In this document: positions 16,794 through 27,241 of the stretch, piece after piece
Numbering within the stretch: position 1 is the first letter of the stretch
Layout: every line of letters starts with the position of its first letter
Origin: an uncultured Ruminococcus sp.
Lineage (GTDB): Bacteria; Bacillota; Clostridia; Oscillospirales; CAG-272
NCBI GenBank assembly: GCA_964630695.1
Contig: CAZVYZ010000001.1
Span: 8,816 to 72,815, forward strand
Reading direction: 5' to 3'
Length of the DNA: 64,000 nt
Position numbers and translations under genes: made by a program
Notes under the pieces: model-generated
What the model was told of the DNA's origin: nothing
The model's input: only the letters and a program-made list of their open reading frames with translations
Database searches by the model: none

Positions 16794-17888
16794 TTACACG
16801 TTGAATCGGAACAGCACGATGTCGCCGTCCTGCATGACGTACTCTTTGCCCTCACTGCGGAGAACGCCTGCATCGCGCGCGGCGGACATCGAGCCGTATT
16901 TCTTCAAATCCTCAAATGCCAGTACCTCGGCGCGGATAAAACCGCGTTCGATGTCCGAGTGGATTTTGCCCGCCGCCCGCGGGGCTTTGGTCCCTTTGCG
17001 GATGGTCCACGCGCGGCATTCGTCGGGACCTGCGGTCAGAAAACTAATCAGACCCAACAGGGAATAACTTGCCTTGATGAGGCGGTCCAGTCCGCTCTCC
17101 TCAATGCCGAGGTCGGAGAGAAACATTGCCTTTTCTTCGGCACCCAGTTCCGCAATCTCGGCTTCAATCTGACAGCAAATCGGAATGACCTCCGAATGCT
17201 CGCTCTCCGCGTATGCCTTGAGAAGCCGATAGGATTCCAAATCGTTCGGCTCGGTGGCGGCATAGTCCTCGCTGACGTTCGCAACGTAAATGACGGGCTT
17301 CATGGTCAGCAGGGGCGTGTCGGCGAGGCAAGCGCGCTCGTCGTCGGTCAACTCCACTGTCCGCGCACACTTTCCCTCCTCCAACACACGGTAGACCTTT
17401 TCGAGAACTTCCAGTTCGGCGGCGTACTTCTTGTCTGCGCGCATCGCCTTTTTCGTGCGGTCCATGCGGCGCTCCAGAATCTCCATGTCCGAGAAAATCA
17501 ACTCCAGATTGATGGTTTCCAAATCGCGCATCGGGTCAATTTTTCCGTCTACGTGAATGATGTTGTCGTCCTCAAAGCAACGGACGACGTGGAGAATGGC
17601 GTCCACTTCGCGGATGTTTCCGAGGAACTGGTTGCCAAGTCCCTCGCCTTTGGAGGCGCCTTTGACCAGCCCCGCGATGTCGACGAATTCGATTACGGCG
17701 GGTGTGACCTTGGCGGGATGGTGCATCTGCGCCAGATAATCCAACCGTTTGTCCGGTACCGTCACCACGCCGACGTTCGGCTCAATGGTGCAGAACGGGT
17801 AGTTTGCGGATTCGGCACCCGCGTTGGTCAGTGCGTTGAAAAGCGTGCTTTTGCCCACGTTGGGCAGTCCCACGATTCCGAGTTTCAT
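16794..17888 (-). CDS. ychF: Redox-regulated ribosome-binding ATPase YchF
   Basis: 364 aa from [21 protein letters not shown]; C-terminal TGS-like [14 protein letters not shown]. Confidence 0.92.
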   Translation of the reverse strand: MKLGIVGLPNVGKSTLFNALTNAGAESANYPFCTIEPNVGVVTVPDKRLDYLAQMHHPAKVTPAVIEFVDIAGLVKGASKGEGLGNQFLGNIREVDAILHVVRCFEDDNIIHVDGKIDPMRDLETINLELIFSDMEILERRMDRTKKAMRADKKYAAELEVLEKVYRVLEEGKCARTVELTDDERACLADTPLLTMKPVIYVANVSEDYAATEPNDLESYRLLKAYAESEHSEVIPICCQIEAEIAELGAEEKAMFLSDLGIEESGLDRLIKASYSLLGLISFLTAGPDECRAWTIRKGTKAPRAAGKIHSDIERGFIRAEVLAFEDLKKYGSMSAARDAGVLRSEGKEYVMQDGDIVLFRFNV

Positions 17889-18163
17889 AGTCCTGTATCC
17901 TTTCCGATTGCGGTATTCCCATATATTATAATACGAAAAAGCGATTTTGGCAAGAGGGCGACGCAAATACGCGAAAAAAATTTCAAAAACATTTGCTTTT
18001 TGGCGGGAAATGTGCTATAATAAGGGAGTGAATATCGCAGTATCCGATTTTTTGACGGAAAAGATGGAAAAAGGAACAGAAAATTCATCTTTCCGTCACA
18101 TAGATACCCCATTGACGCGGTAGAATGAAAAAGGAAAATTATAATTATCGGAGGTCCCGTAAC

Positions 18164-18856
18164 ATGACAGATACAAAAATTCTGATCGTTGATGACGATC
18201 CCAATATCAGCGACCTGTTGAAAATGTATTTTGAGAACGAGGGGTATGACGTCAAACTCGCCGCCGACGGGTCGGAGGGTCTGAATTACTTCAAAATGTA
18301 CGAGCCGGATTTGGTCCTGCTCGATATTATGCTTCCCAAAAAGGACGGTTGGCAGGTCTGCCGCGAGATTCGCGAGATTTCTTCCAAGCCCATTATCATG
18401 GTAACCGCGAAAGGCGAGGTCTTTGATAAGGTGCTGGGACTGGAACTCGGCGCGGATGATTTCGTGACCAAGCCTTTCGATATGAAAGAACTCTCTGCGC
18501 GCGTCAAAGCGGTTCTCAGACGGTATCAGGCACACTCCAGACAGAGTGACGACGAGGTGATCAAGTTTGAGAATATTGAAATCAGCCTGCAGAAATATGA
18601 GTTGAAACTCAAAGGGAAGTCGGTTGACGTTCCGCCGAAGGAACTGGAGTTGCTCTACTTCCTCGCGTCGAACTACAACCGCGTGTTCACCCGCGACCAA
18701 CTGCTCGATAAGGTCTGGGGCTTTGATTACCTCGGGGACTCCCGCACGGTCGATGTTCACGTCAAGCGCCTGCGTGAGAAGTTGGAGGGCGTTTCGGACA
18801 AATGGGTCCTCAAAACGGTTTGGGGAGTCGGCTATAAGTTTGAGTTGCTGAACTGA
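18164..18856 (+). CDS. OmpR-family response regulator
   Basis: 230 aa from MTDTKILIVDDD; receiver motif LLDIMLPKKDGW; winged-helix VWGFDYLGDSRTVDVHVKRLREKL. Confidence 0.9.
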   Translation: MTDTKILIVDDDPNISDLLKMYFENEGYDVKLAADGSEGLNYFKMYEPDLVLLDIMLPKKDGWQVCREIREISSKPIIMVTAKGEVFDKVLGLELGADDFVTKPFDMKELSARVKAVLRRYQAHSRQSDDEVIKFENIEISLQKYELKLKGKSVDVPPKELELLYFLASNYNRVFTRDQLLDKVWGFDYLGDSRTVDVHVKRLREKLEGVSDKWVLKTVWGVGYKFELLN

Positions 18857-18869
18857 ACCTGTCCGGACC

Positions 18870-20342
18870 ATGTTCAAAAGCGTTTTCGCAAAGTATGTCA
18901 CCGCCGTGATGCTGATTTTCGTCATCGGCTTTGCGCTCCTGCTGTTCGTGATGACCTCCATCGTCAATAACACGCTCTCGGAGGGCAGAGTGCAGACGAT
19001 GGAAATCGTTTCGGGACAGTCCGCGGCATTTCTTAAGGAAAAGTTGGGCGAGTGTGGCGGAGACGGATTTCCCGCAAAACTTTCGGAGGTTATGGAATCC
19101 GATTCGGCATTGCTTTCCGCGCTGACGGTAACCGAACCCGACCTGACCTTGTTGCTGTCGGATACTTCCGGAACGGTTCTTTATCGGGTAACGGACGGAA
19201 CCGTGGCAAAGGGAGAGGGCAGTCTCCCGACGGAAGTTTGGGAAGCGGTTCTGAAAAGGAGTCCGTTTCTCGGCGTTGCAACGTGTGAGGACCCATCTGC
19301 CGCGCAGCATCTGATGCGGGCGGATTCGCTCTACGACGGAAACGGGCAGTTCTGCGGCATGGTTGCCGTTGTTTCGGATGACTTTGCCGGCGGAGCCGTA
19401 ACGGAAGAACTGAGTAAAACCGTTGTTTCCGCGGCGCTGTTGGTCCTGCTTGCCATTCTGATTGCGGTCTACTTCATCAGCGACCGCGTAACGAGTCCCT
19501 TGCGGGGAATGTGTACGGCAACGAGACAGTTTGCAAACGGAAATTTTGATGTCCGCGTTCCGGTTCCCGCACACGGCAGGGACGAGGTTTCGCAATTGGC
19601 TTCGGCATTCAACCGGATGGCGGAGTCGCTTGAGCATCTGGAGAACCTGCGGAATACGTTCATTGCAAACGTTTCGCACGACCTCCGTACCCCGATGACC
19701 ACCATTATCGGCTTCATCGAGGAAATTCGGGACGGCATAATCCCGCAAGAGGAACAGGATCATTATCTGGAGATTATCTCCAATGAGGCGCGCAGGCTGT
19801 CGCGGCTCGTGTCTTCGCTTCTGGATATTTCCCGCATTGAGGCGGGGGACCGCAAGTTTACGCCGACACCGTTTGACATCTGCGAAATGGGACGGGTTAT
19901 CCTGATTTCCTTTGAACAGCAGATTGATGAAAAGCATCTGGAGGTCGGGTTTGAATGCGACAGGGAGCGGATGACGGTCTTTGCCGACCACGACGCGATT
20001 TATCAGATTTTTTACAACATCTGCCACAACGCAGTGAAGTTCTCCAAAGCGGGCGGTGTCCTGCGCATTCGCATCCGTGCCGACCGTGACCGCAAGGTGT
20101 TGGTTTCGGTCTATAATGAGGGAGAGGGAATTCCCGAGGCGGATTTGCCGTATGTGTTTGACCGTTTCTATAAAAGCGACAAGAGCCGCGGGCTGGACAA
20201 AACGGGCGTCGGACTCGGAATGTTTATCGCAAAAACGATTATTCAGGCGCACGGGGAGAAAATCTGGGTCGAGAGCGAGGAGGGAAAGAACTGCGAGTTC
20301 TTCTTCACGCTTTCCGAAGCGGATTCACAGTCCGGCGGATAA
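18870..20342 (+). CDS. Sensor histidine kinase
   Basis: 490 aa; two TM segments, HAMP, H-box NVSHDLRTPMT, G-box GVGLGMFIAK. Confidence 0.9.
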   Translation: MFKSVFAKYVTAVMLIFVIGFALLLFVMTSIVNNTLSEGRVQTMEIVSGQSAAFLKEKLGECGGDGFPAKLSEVMESDSALLSALTVTEPDLTLLLSDTSGTVLYRVTDGTVAKGEGSLPTEVWEAVLKRSPFLGVATCEDPSAAQHLMRADSLYDGNGQFCGMVAVVSDDFAGGAVTEELSKTVVSAALLVLLAILIAVYFISDRVTSPLRGMCTATRQFANGNFDVRVPVPAHGRDEVSQLASAFNRMAESLEHLENLRNTFIANVSHDLRTPMTTIIGFIEEIRDGIIPQEEQDHYLEIISNEARRLSRLVSSLLDISRIEAGDRKFTPTPFDICEMGRVILISFEQQIDEKHLEVGFECDRERMTVFADHDAIYQIFYNICHNAVKFSKAGGVLRIRIRADRDRKVLVSVYNEGEGIPEADLPYVFDRFYKSDKSRGLDKTGVGLGMFIAKTIIQAHGEKIWVESEEGKNCEFFFTLSEADSQSGG

Positions 20343-20465
20343 CAAAACAGAAAAGAATTTTCTTTTTCGGGACCTGTTGATAAGACCAATTTTTACGGGC
20401 ACTGTGATGGCGGTGTCCGTCTCCTTTTGAGGTGAGATTTCAAATAAAAGGAGTTGGTGAGATAT

Positions 20466-20867
20466 ATGAAATTCCGCGAGCGGCTTTCCCGCTTCTGGAG
20501 GGGAAGAAACGGAAGCGATACCCTTTATCGCGTGACGGTGTGGGTGATTCTGATTCTTGCAGTGGCAAATCTTTTTCTGCGGAGTCCGATTCTGCTTGCG
20601 GTTGAGACGGCACTGCTGATTTGGTCGATTTTCCGTTGCTTTTCGAGAAATCTTCCCGCGCGACAGCGGGAAAATCGCGCGTTTCTGCGTTTTTTCGGCA
20701 GAATCCGCGGATGGTTTGTATTGCAAAAAAATCGGATACGGGACCGCAAAACCCATATTTATCGGAAATGTCCCGTCTGCCGCAAGGTTCTGCGCCTTCC
20801 GAAGATTATGGGCGCACATACGGTTTGTTGCCCGTGTTGCGGGAAAAAATTCCAATTGAAAGTCTGA
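20466..20867 (+). CDS. Small membrane protein with C-terminal zinc ribbon
   Basis: 133 aa from MKFRERLS; two TM helices; CPVCRKVLRLP...CCPCCGKKF. Confidence 0.5.
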   Translation: MKFRERLSRFWRGRNGSDTLYRVTVWVILILAVANLFLRSPILLAVETALLIWSIFRCFSRNLPARQRENRAFLRFFGRIRGWFVLQKNRIRDRKTHIYRKCPVCRKVLRLPKIMGAHTVCCPCCGKKFQLKV

Positions 20868-20878
20868 GGTATTTTATC

Positions 20879-21406
20879 ATGAAAAAAGAACTCTTGAGAA
20901 AACAAGTCCTGACCGCAATGTTCACCGCGCTGATTTGTGCGGCAACCATGCTGATTCAGATTCCGACGCCCATGACCAACGGATATGTCAACGTCGGAGA
21001 TTGCTTTGTGCTTGCGGCGGGTTGGTTCCTCGGACCGTGGTATGGGTTGTTTGCGGGCGGTGTCGGTTCGGCGCTTGCGGATTTGATTTCGGGATACGCG
21101 CACTATATCCCGGGGACCTTTGTCATCAAAGGACTGATGGCAATGGTTGCGGCGCTCCTGTCGCGGAAGTTGCTCGCGAAACTGCCGATGCGCGTGGGAC
21201 GACTGATTGGCGCGTTGGCGGCAGAACTGATTATGGTGTCGGGGTACTTCCTTTATGCGTGGGCGATTCTCGGGAAAGCCGTTACGGCGGCGGTGACGAG
21301 TATACCGTCGAACCTGTTGCAGGGAACGGTCGGAATTGTCGGCGGAATGATGCTGATTGAAATTCTGGACCGACTGCCGTTTGCAGGACATCACCGTGTG
21401 GTTTGA
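20879..21406 (+). CDS. ECF transporter S (substrate-capture) component
   Basis: 175 aa; LTAMFTALICAATMLIQIPTPMTNGYVNVGDCFVLAAGWFLGPWYG is typical of ECF S components. Confidence 0.7.
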   Translation: MKKELLRKQVLTAMFTALICAATMLIQIPTPMTNGYVNVGDCFVLAAGWFLGPWYGLFAGGVGSALADLISGYAHYIPGTFVIKGLMAMVAALLSRKLLAKLPMRVGRLIGALAAELIMVSGYFLYAWAILGKAVTAAVTSIPSNLLQGTVGIVGGMMLIEILDRLPFAGHHRVV

Positions 21407-21576
21407 AAATTTTTTTCCTTTCTGTACGTTGCCGGAGGACAGCCGTATTTTTTGCGGAAAGCGGTAATCAACCCGTTGCGGTGTTCGTAACCGATGGATT
21501 TCATAATCTGCTCCAGACATTTGAGTGCATTCATACGGCGGCTATTTGTTGAAATCGGGCGGCAAATGGGATACAA
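21391..21576 (-). pseudogene. AraC-family HTH C-terminal stub
   Basis: Only the last ~45 aa, IMKSIGYEHRNGLITAFRKKYGCPPATYRKE; no upstream sensor domain. Confidence 0.55.
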
Positions 21577-21648
21577 TGAAGCCGGAATGCGGGAATCTTG
21601 TTATCCTGTTCCGAATACGAAATTTTTGAAGCAGAAAGGAAAATCGTT

Positions 21649-22368
21649 ATGAAACGAAAACTCACAGGAATCCTCAATCTTTTTGTAATCGGCGCGCTGT
21701 TGCTGTCGGCGGTCCCGATGGCGGTCTGGGCGGATTCGGAAACCGCAACCGTGGATTCGGGCATCGTGTTGACCGACGGCGCGAGCATCCGGTTGGACGA
21801 TAACTACGGAATCCGCTTTGAGGCCACGGTTTCCAAAGCCTTTTTGGAGGCACATCCCCAAGCGACTTACGGAATGCTCATCGCTCCGACCGATAAAATC
21901 ACGGCGGGCAGTGACTTTACCGACAGAGCGATGGCAGAGGGCGATTATGTCAAACAGGACAGTACGAAGTGGGCGGCGGAAAACGGAGACGGAAGCAAGA
22001 CGTTCCGTGTCGCCTTGGTCGGTCTGAATGAAACGGCGACCGCAAAGGTTGCGGCAAACATGGCTTTCTCGGCGCGTGCTTATGCAAAGGACGGAGACAA
22101 GGTCTATTGGTCCGCGTATGATTCCGAGAAAAACTCCCGTGCGATTTCCGACGTTGCGCTTCTGGCAATGCAACTGCTGTTTGCGGAGCGGACCTATGAC
22201 CTTGATTTTGCGATGTATATCACCGGCGTGACGAGCGAGGTCAGTTATAACTTTGCACGCGAGAGAAAGACGGAGGGGCTTTATACCGAACTTTCCGGCC
22301 TGCAAGGCGCCGCGGAAGCCAGACTTGACGATTTCCTGAAAGATTGGAAAACAAACACCAAGGATTAA
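21649..22368 (+). CDS. Secreted hypothetical protein
   Basis: Signal peptide MKRKLTGILNLFVIGALLLSAVPMAVWA; no recognised domain. Confidence 0.5.
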   Translation: MKRKLTGILNLFVIGALLLSAVPMAVWADSETATVDSGIVLTDGASIRLDDNYGIRFEATVSKAFLEAHPQATYGMLIAPTDKITAGSDFTDRAMAEGDYVKQDSTKWAAENGDGSKTFRVALVGLNETATAKVAANMAFSARAYAKDGDKVYWSAYDSEKNSRAISDVALLAMQLLFAERTYDLDFAMYITGVTSEVSYNFARERKTEGLYTELSGLQGAAEARLDDFLKDWKTNTKD

Positions 22369-22383
22369 GGGGGTAAGGGAATT

Positions 22384-23469
22384 ATGGAGCAGAACAGATG
22401 GACAGCGGAGCGCGCGTGGGAATGGTATCGCGCGCAAGGGTGGATTCGCGGGTACTGCGGCTATCCGTCCAATTGCGTGAATCGGATTGCACTCTGGCAG
22501 GAGTACGGACACAAGGCTGTGTTTGAACAATTGGAGCGTGAATTTGCACTGGCAAAAGAAACGGGGTTGAACGCAACGAGGGTATTGGTTCAGTTTGAAG
22601 TCTGGCAGAATCAGCATGACGGTTTCATGAACCATCTGGAGGAATACCTTACCCTTGCGGACCGCTACGGGCTGAAAGTGATGCTCGTCCTCGGAAACGA
22701 CTGCACGGTGGCAAAATCCCGTTGGAAGCCGTTTACGTTCGGCGAACAGCCCGTGGACTGGGGCTATCACAGCGGCATCAAGGGCGGTCAGCATGCAGGG
22801 GACTACCGCGAGGTGGGCTACCAGTTGTTGGATGACCCGACTGTCGAGCCGCTTTACTACGAAATGGTGGCGGAACTGGCGGAAAAATACGGGCAGGACG
22901 AGCGGTTGCAAATCTGGAACGTCTGGAATGAAATCGGCAACAGCAACCGCGGGACCATGAGCGTCCCCGCAATGGAGAAATTCTTTGCCATCCTGCGGGA
23001 GAAGCAGGTCATGCAACCTCTGACCGCCGATGTCTGGTCGTATGACGAGAACATGGAGGTCAATACCGAAGCAGGGAAACGTGCACTGGAACTTTCGGAT
23101 ATCGTGTCCTTTCATTGGTACGGGTCGTTTGCGGACACGGTGCGTCTGATTGCAAATCTGAAAAGGCTCGGTCGTCCTCTGCTTTGCACCGAGTGGCTCA
23201 ACCGCTATGAGGGGAATGACGTGGAACATCTGTTGCCGCTGTTCTGGCTTGAGAACGTCGGCTCTTACCATTGGGGGCTGATGCAGGGGTATTCCCAGAC
23301 GTATGAGCCGTGGGGCGGGTACTTCCTCCGTCAGGAAAAAGGGGAGAACCTCGACCTGACCAAATGGCAGCATGACCTTTACCGCTTTAACGGATTGCCG
23401 TATATCCCGCGCGAGATTGCGGTGTTCCGTCACTTTGCGGAACTGGCAGACAGCCAAGGCAAAACCTGA
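22384..23469 (+). CDS. Glycoside hydrolase, clan GH-A (GH5-like) TIM barrel
   Basis: 361 aa; candidate acid/base NVWNEIGN and nucleophile LLCTEWLN spacing typical of GH-A enzymes. Confidence 0.55.
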   Translation: MEQNRWTAERAWEWYRAQGWIRGYCGYPSNCVNRIALWQEYGHKAVFEQLEREFALAKETGLNATRVLVQFEVWQNQHDGFMNHLEEYLTLADRYGLKVMLVLGNDCTVAKSRWKPFTFGEQPVDWGYHSGIKGGQHAGDYREVGYQLLDDPTVEPLYYEMVAELAEKYGQDERLQIWNVWNEIGNSNRGTMSVPAMEKFFAILREKQVMQPLTADVWSYDENMEVNTEAGKRALELSDIVSFHWYGSFADTVRLIANLKRLGRPLLCTEWLNRYEGNDVEHLLPLFWLENVGSYHWGLMQGYSQTYEPWGGYFLRQEKGENLDLTKWQHDLYRFNGLPYIPREIAVFRHFAELADSQGKT

Positions 23470-23506
23470 GATTGCGAAACTCACCGGCGGCACGTATCAA
23501 TTGATT

Positions 23507-23540
23507 AAGCGGAGCGAACTGTAGTTCGCTCCGCTTTTTG
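23507..23540 (+). terminator. Rho-independent terminator
   Basis: AAGCGGAGCGAAC tgta GTTCGCTCCGCTT then TTT. Confidence 0.85.
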
Positions 23541-23622
23541 TCGTCCGACAGGACCTTTTGGAAAAGTTTCCCGAAAAAGATGGCGAATTGTTGCATATTG
23601 CCCGAAAAGAGGACAGAAAGAC

Positions 23623-23651
23623 TTGAAAAATGTTCCATAATATGGTATACT
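23623..23651 (+). promoter_or_regulatory. Sigma-A promoter upstream of the hsdM remnant
   Basis: TTGAAA, 17-nt spacer, TATACT. Confidence 0.55.
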
Positions 23652-23685
23652 GTAAGATAAGAAGAACAGGACGGAGGACAAAACA

Positions 23686-24297
23686 ATGGCTGAAAAAACA
23701 ACCGCCGACATCGGCTTTGAAAAACAGATATGGGACGCCGCGTGCGTGCTGCGCGGGAATATGGACGCCTCGGAATACAAGAATGTGGTATTGGGGCTGA
23801 TTTTCCTCAAATACATTTCCGACCGCTTCGAGGAGAAGCACCGCGAACTGGTCGCGGAAGGTGACGGCTTCGAGGAGGATATCGACGAGTACACCTCCGA
23901 GGGGATTTTCTTTGTGCCGCAAGGCGCGCGGTGGGGTGACATTGCCGCAAAGGCACACACACCGGAAATCGGGACGGCGATTGACGAAGCGATGCGTGCG
24001 ATTGAGAAGGACAACAAGCGCCTGAAGGACATTCTGCCGAAAAACTTTGCCCGCCCGGAACTGGACAAGCGGCGCCTCGGCGAGGTGGTCGATCTTTTCA
24101 CCAACATCCGCATGATCGAGCACGGGGACGAGAAGGACATTCTCGGCAGAACCTATGAATACTGCCTTTCCAAATTCGCCGAGCAGGAGGGCAAACTGGC
24201 GGGCGAATTCTACACGCCGTCCTGCGTGGTGCGCACATTGGTAGAGGTTTTGCAACCCTATCACGGGCGTGTGTATGACCCCTGCTGCGGGAGCTGA
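23686..24297 (+). pseudogene. hsdM: Type I R-M methyltransferase HsdM, N-terminal ~200 aa only
   Basis: HsdM_N-like [38 protein letters not shown] and [29 protein letters not shown], then stops inside SAM motif I. Confidence 0.85.
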
Positions 24298-24479
24298 CCG
24301 ATATGCTCCGTCGGAACCGCACCATAGACTGGCAGAAGAAAGAGACTGCCCGCGCGGGAATGCGGAAGATGGTCAAGCGGCTACTCAAAAAGTACAAATA
24401 CCCGCCGGAGAAATACGAGGATGCCATTGAAACCGTCATGAGCCAGTGTGAACTTTGGACGGATCAGGCGGTGATGTAA
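24282..24479 (+). pseudogene. hsdR: Type I restriction enzyme HsdR, last ~65 aa only
   Basis: Other frame reads [61 protein letters not shown], the conserved HsdR C-terminal tail. Confidence 0.8.
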
Positions 24480-24499
24480 AAGATTTTGGAGTGTGTGTG

Positions 24500-27241
24500 T
24501 TGGATACGAAAAATAATTTGATCGTAGCAAAAGGGAAGCCGATCACCTCTCATGTGACGCACTGTGCTTACGATCGTAATACAAAAATGTGGAACGTGAC
24601 CTTTCAAAACGGGAAGACCTTCCGTTATAACTATGATAATATTGAATGGCTTAGAAATCCAATCAGGTTGGATCCTAAGTCGTATCATATATCCCATAAA
24701 GGAAAACCTTTTGATAACGTTAGCGCAATTTTGTCGTTTTCGGGAAAAAAAGAGGAGTATTGGCATATATGTTTTTCAAATGGTTATGAAAACGATTATT
24801 CCGTTTGTGAACTTTGCGTTGAAAGGTCTTGCTTGGAAGATGACGGAGCTCAAAAGATATTTTCCTATTTGCGACAGGTTGCGGAGAATACCGATCTGAA
24901 AACAGAGGACGGTGCCACAATTTTGGTGAACCAATATAAAAAAATTGACTTTATCGGTGAAAAAAACGCGCTTGCGGTTTATTTGAATCCCAATCAATAT
25001 TATGCAGAGACCGGGCTTGACGCGAGTTTGCTGATTTTTCCGTTTGGTTGCAATCAAAGTCAGTACCATGCCGTTGAACAGGCGATTCTGAATCATGTGA
25101 GCGTGATCGAAGGTCCCCCCGGTACAGGTAAGACGCAGACCATTCTGAATATTATTGCAAATTTGCTGATTCGTAAAAAGACTGTGCAGGTTGTCAGCAA
25201 CAATAATTCTGCCATAGAAAATATTATTGAGAAGCTTTCTTCTCCGAAATATGGCTTGGATTTTTTTGTTGCGTCCCTTGGGCGAGCGGAGAAAAAACAG
25301 CAGTTTCTTGATTCTCAAACGGCATGCTATCCGGATTTTTCTAAATGGCGAACAAACCGGGGCGGGAAACCAATAAGCAAAGTCGATATTCAGGCCTGCA
25401 GTGTTGCTCTTCAAACTGTTTATGAAAAAAGGGATCGACTTGCAAAGTTGATGGAAGAATCTGAAAATGTAAAAACAGAACAAAAGCACTTTCTTTCCGT
25501 TATGGCTGACTTGGGTGTGAAGGCGGTGGATTTCCCGAAGGACCTCTCGTCGGCGGTGATTTTACGTATCTGCCAAGAGTTCGAAGCGTTCCTGCACGGT
25601 CGAAGCAAGATGGGATTTTGGGGAAAGCTCCGATTTCGATTTATGTATGGTGTTTCGTTCGGTTTTTTTGAAAGTCAAAATGCCGACTCCTTGATTCCGG
25701 GAATGCAGATGGCGTATTATCGAAAAAGACTATCCGAACTCCATGTAGAAACAGCACGATTGCAAAGTGAATTAAAAAAGCTTGATGCCGACAAGTTGAG
25801 CAAGCAATTTGAGGAGGATTCGCTCTGCTATTTTCGGAAAGTTCTTTCGGATCGATATCATGAAAAAGGTGCGCGAATTGTTTTTGAGAAACAGGATCTG
25901 TGGATGGAACCGGAAATATTTCTGAAAGAGTATCCCGTTGTGTTAAGTACAACCTATTCGGCAAGGAGCAGTCTTGGAAAAAAAGCGCAATATGATTATG
26001 TTATCATGGATGAAGCGTCGCAGGTTGATGTAGCTACAGGAGCGCTCGCCTTGTCCTGTGCCCGCCATGCGGTAATTGTCGGAGACTGTAAACAGCTTCC
26101 TAATATCGTCACAAAACAGCAGGAGGAACTGCTTGAGGGAATATTCAAAGCGAATCAGGTTCCAATGGCGTATGATTGCGTAAAATACAGTTTTCTGTCT
26201 TCCATTTGTTCTTTGTTGGAAAAGCGGATTCCAAGGACGATTTTGCGTGAGCATTACCGCTGTGATCCCCTGATTATAGGTTATTGTAATCGAAAATTTT
26301 ATCATAATGAGTTGATCGTTATGACGGAGGCACATGAGGATTCATTGGAACTGGTGACGACTGTTGCGGGAAATCACATGCGAGAGCGAACCAATTTAAG
26401 GCAGGCAGAGGTCATTAAACAGGAAGTTCTTCCGACGCTGACTTGTCCGCATTATGAGATCGGAATCATTTCTCCGTATCGGTCTCAAGCGGAGTTGCTG
26501 AAAAGTGAAATCAATGACCCCGAAATCGAAATTGCTACGGTACATAAATTTCAGGGACGCGAAAAGGATGTTATTATTTTCAGCACCACCGACGATATTG
26601 TATCGGAGTTTTCTGATAATCAGAACTTGTTGAATGTTGCAGTTTCCAGAGCGAAAAAGAAGTTGATCGTGGTTGCATCGGAAATGGAGCAACCGATTGG
26701 AAGCAATGTCGGCGATCTGATTGGATATATCCGATATTATAATGGGGTGGAAACGCATAGCGCGGTAAGTTCTGTATTTGATTACCTTTATTCGCAAAAC
26801 AGGGAAAAACGGTTGGAGTATTTGAAAAAGCACAGGCGCATTTCCGAATTTGATTCCGAAAATCTGTTTTTTTCTTTGATCGAGGATGAATTAAAAAAGC
26901 GGAAAGAGGCACTTGGTGTAATCTGTCATCAACCATTATATTTATTATTCCGCGATTTAAGCAAACTGAATACGGAAGAGACTCGATTTGTCAGAACTGG
27001 ATTGTCGCATCTTGATTTTTTGATTTATAATAATGTTACAAAACGCCCACTTTTGGCGATTGAGGTGGATGGTTATCGTTATCATAAGTCGGACTCCGTG
27101 CAGGGCGAACGTGACCGACTGAAAAATCACATTTTGGAGGTTTATCACCTTCCACTCATCCGATTCAAAACCAACGGCAGTGGGGAACAAGAAATGTTGC
27201 AGGACGCTTTGAATCGGATTTGCGGAGGAAAGAGTGGATAA
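24500..27241 (+). CDS. Upf1/DNA2-like SF1 helicase (AAA_11/AAA_12) with unknown ~200-aa N-domain and C-terminal DUF2726-type PD-(D/E)xK nuclease
   Basis: Walker A IEGPPGTGKTQT, motif II VIMDEASQV, VIVGDCKQLPN, LREHYRCDPLIIGYCNRKFY, VHKFQGREKDVIIFS, LLNVAVSRAKKKLIVV. C-terminus SHLDFLIYNNVTKRPLLAIEVDGYRYHKSDSVQGERDRLKNHILEVYHLPLIRF. Start uncertain: TTG 24500 or GTG 24497 after GGAG; the ORF is open from 24455. GC is much lower than the flanks. Confidence 0.8.
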   Translation: MDTKNNLIVAKGKPITSHVTHCAYDRNTKMWNVTFQNGKTFRYNYDNIEWLRNPIRLDPKSYHISHKGKPFDNVSAILSFSGKKEEYWHICFSNGYENDYSVCELCVERSCLEDDGAQKIFSYLRQVAENTDLKTEDGATILVNQYKKIDFIGEKNALAVYLNPNQYYAETGLDASLLIFPFGCNQSQYHAVEQAILNHVSVIEGPPGTGKTQTILNIIANLLIRKKTVQVVSNNNSAIENIIEKLSSPKYGLDFFVASLGRAEKKQQFLDSQTACYPDFSKWRTNRGGKPISKVDIQACSVALQTVYEKRDRLAKLMEESENVKTEQKHFLSVMADLGVKAVDFPKDLSSAVILRICQEFEAFLHGRSKMGFWGKLRFRFMYGVSFGFFESQNADSLIPGMQMAYYRKRLSELHVETARLQSELKKLDADKLSKQFEEDSLCYFRKVLSDRYHEKGARIVFEKQDLWMEPEIFLKEYPVVLSTTYSARSSLGKKAQYDYVIMDEASQVDVATGALALSCARHAVIVGDCKQLPNIVTKQQEELLEGIFKANQVPMAYDCVKYSFLSSICSLLEKRIPRTILREHYRCDPLIIGYCNRKFYHNELIVMTEAHEDSLELVTTVAGNHMRERTNLRQAEVIKQEVLPTLTCPHYEIGIISPYRSQAELLKSEINDPEIEIATVHKFQGREKDVIIFSTTDDIVSEFSDNQNLLNVAVSRAKKKLIVVASEMEQPIGSNVGDLIGYIRYYNGVETHSAVSSVFDYLYSQNREKRLEYLKKHRRISEFDSENLFFSLIEDELKKRKEALGVICHQPLYLLFRDLSKLNTEETRFVRTGLSHLDFLIYNNVTKRPLLAIEVDGYRYHKSDSVQGERDRLKNHILEVYHLPLIRFKTNGSGEQEMLQDALNRICGGKSG

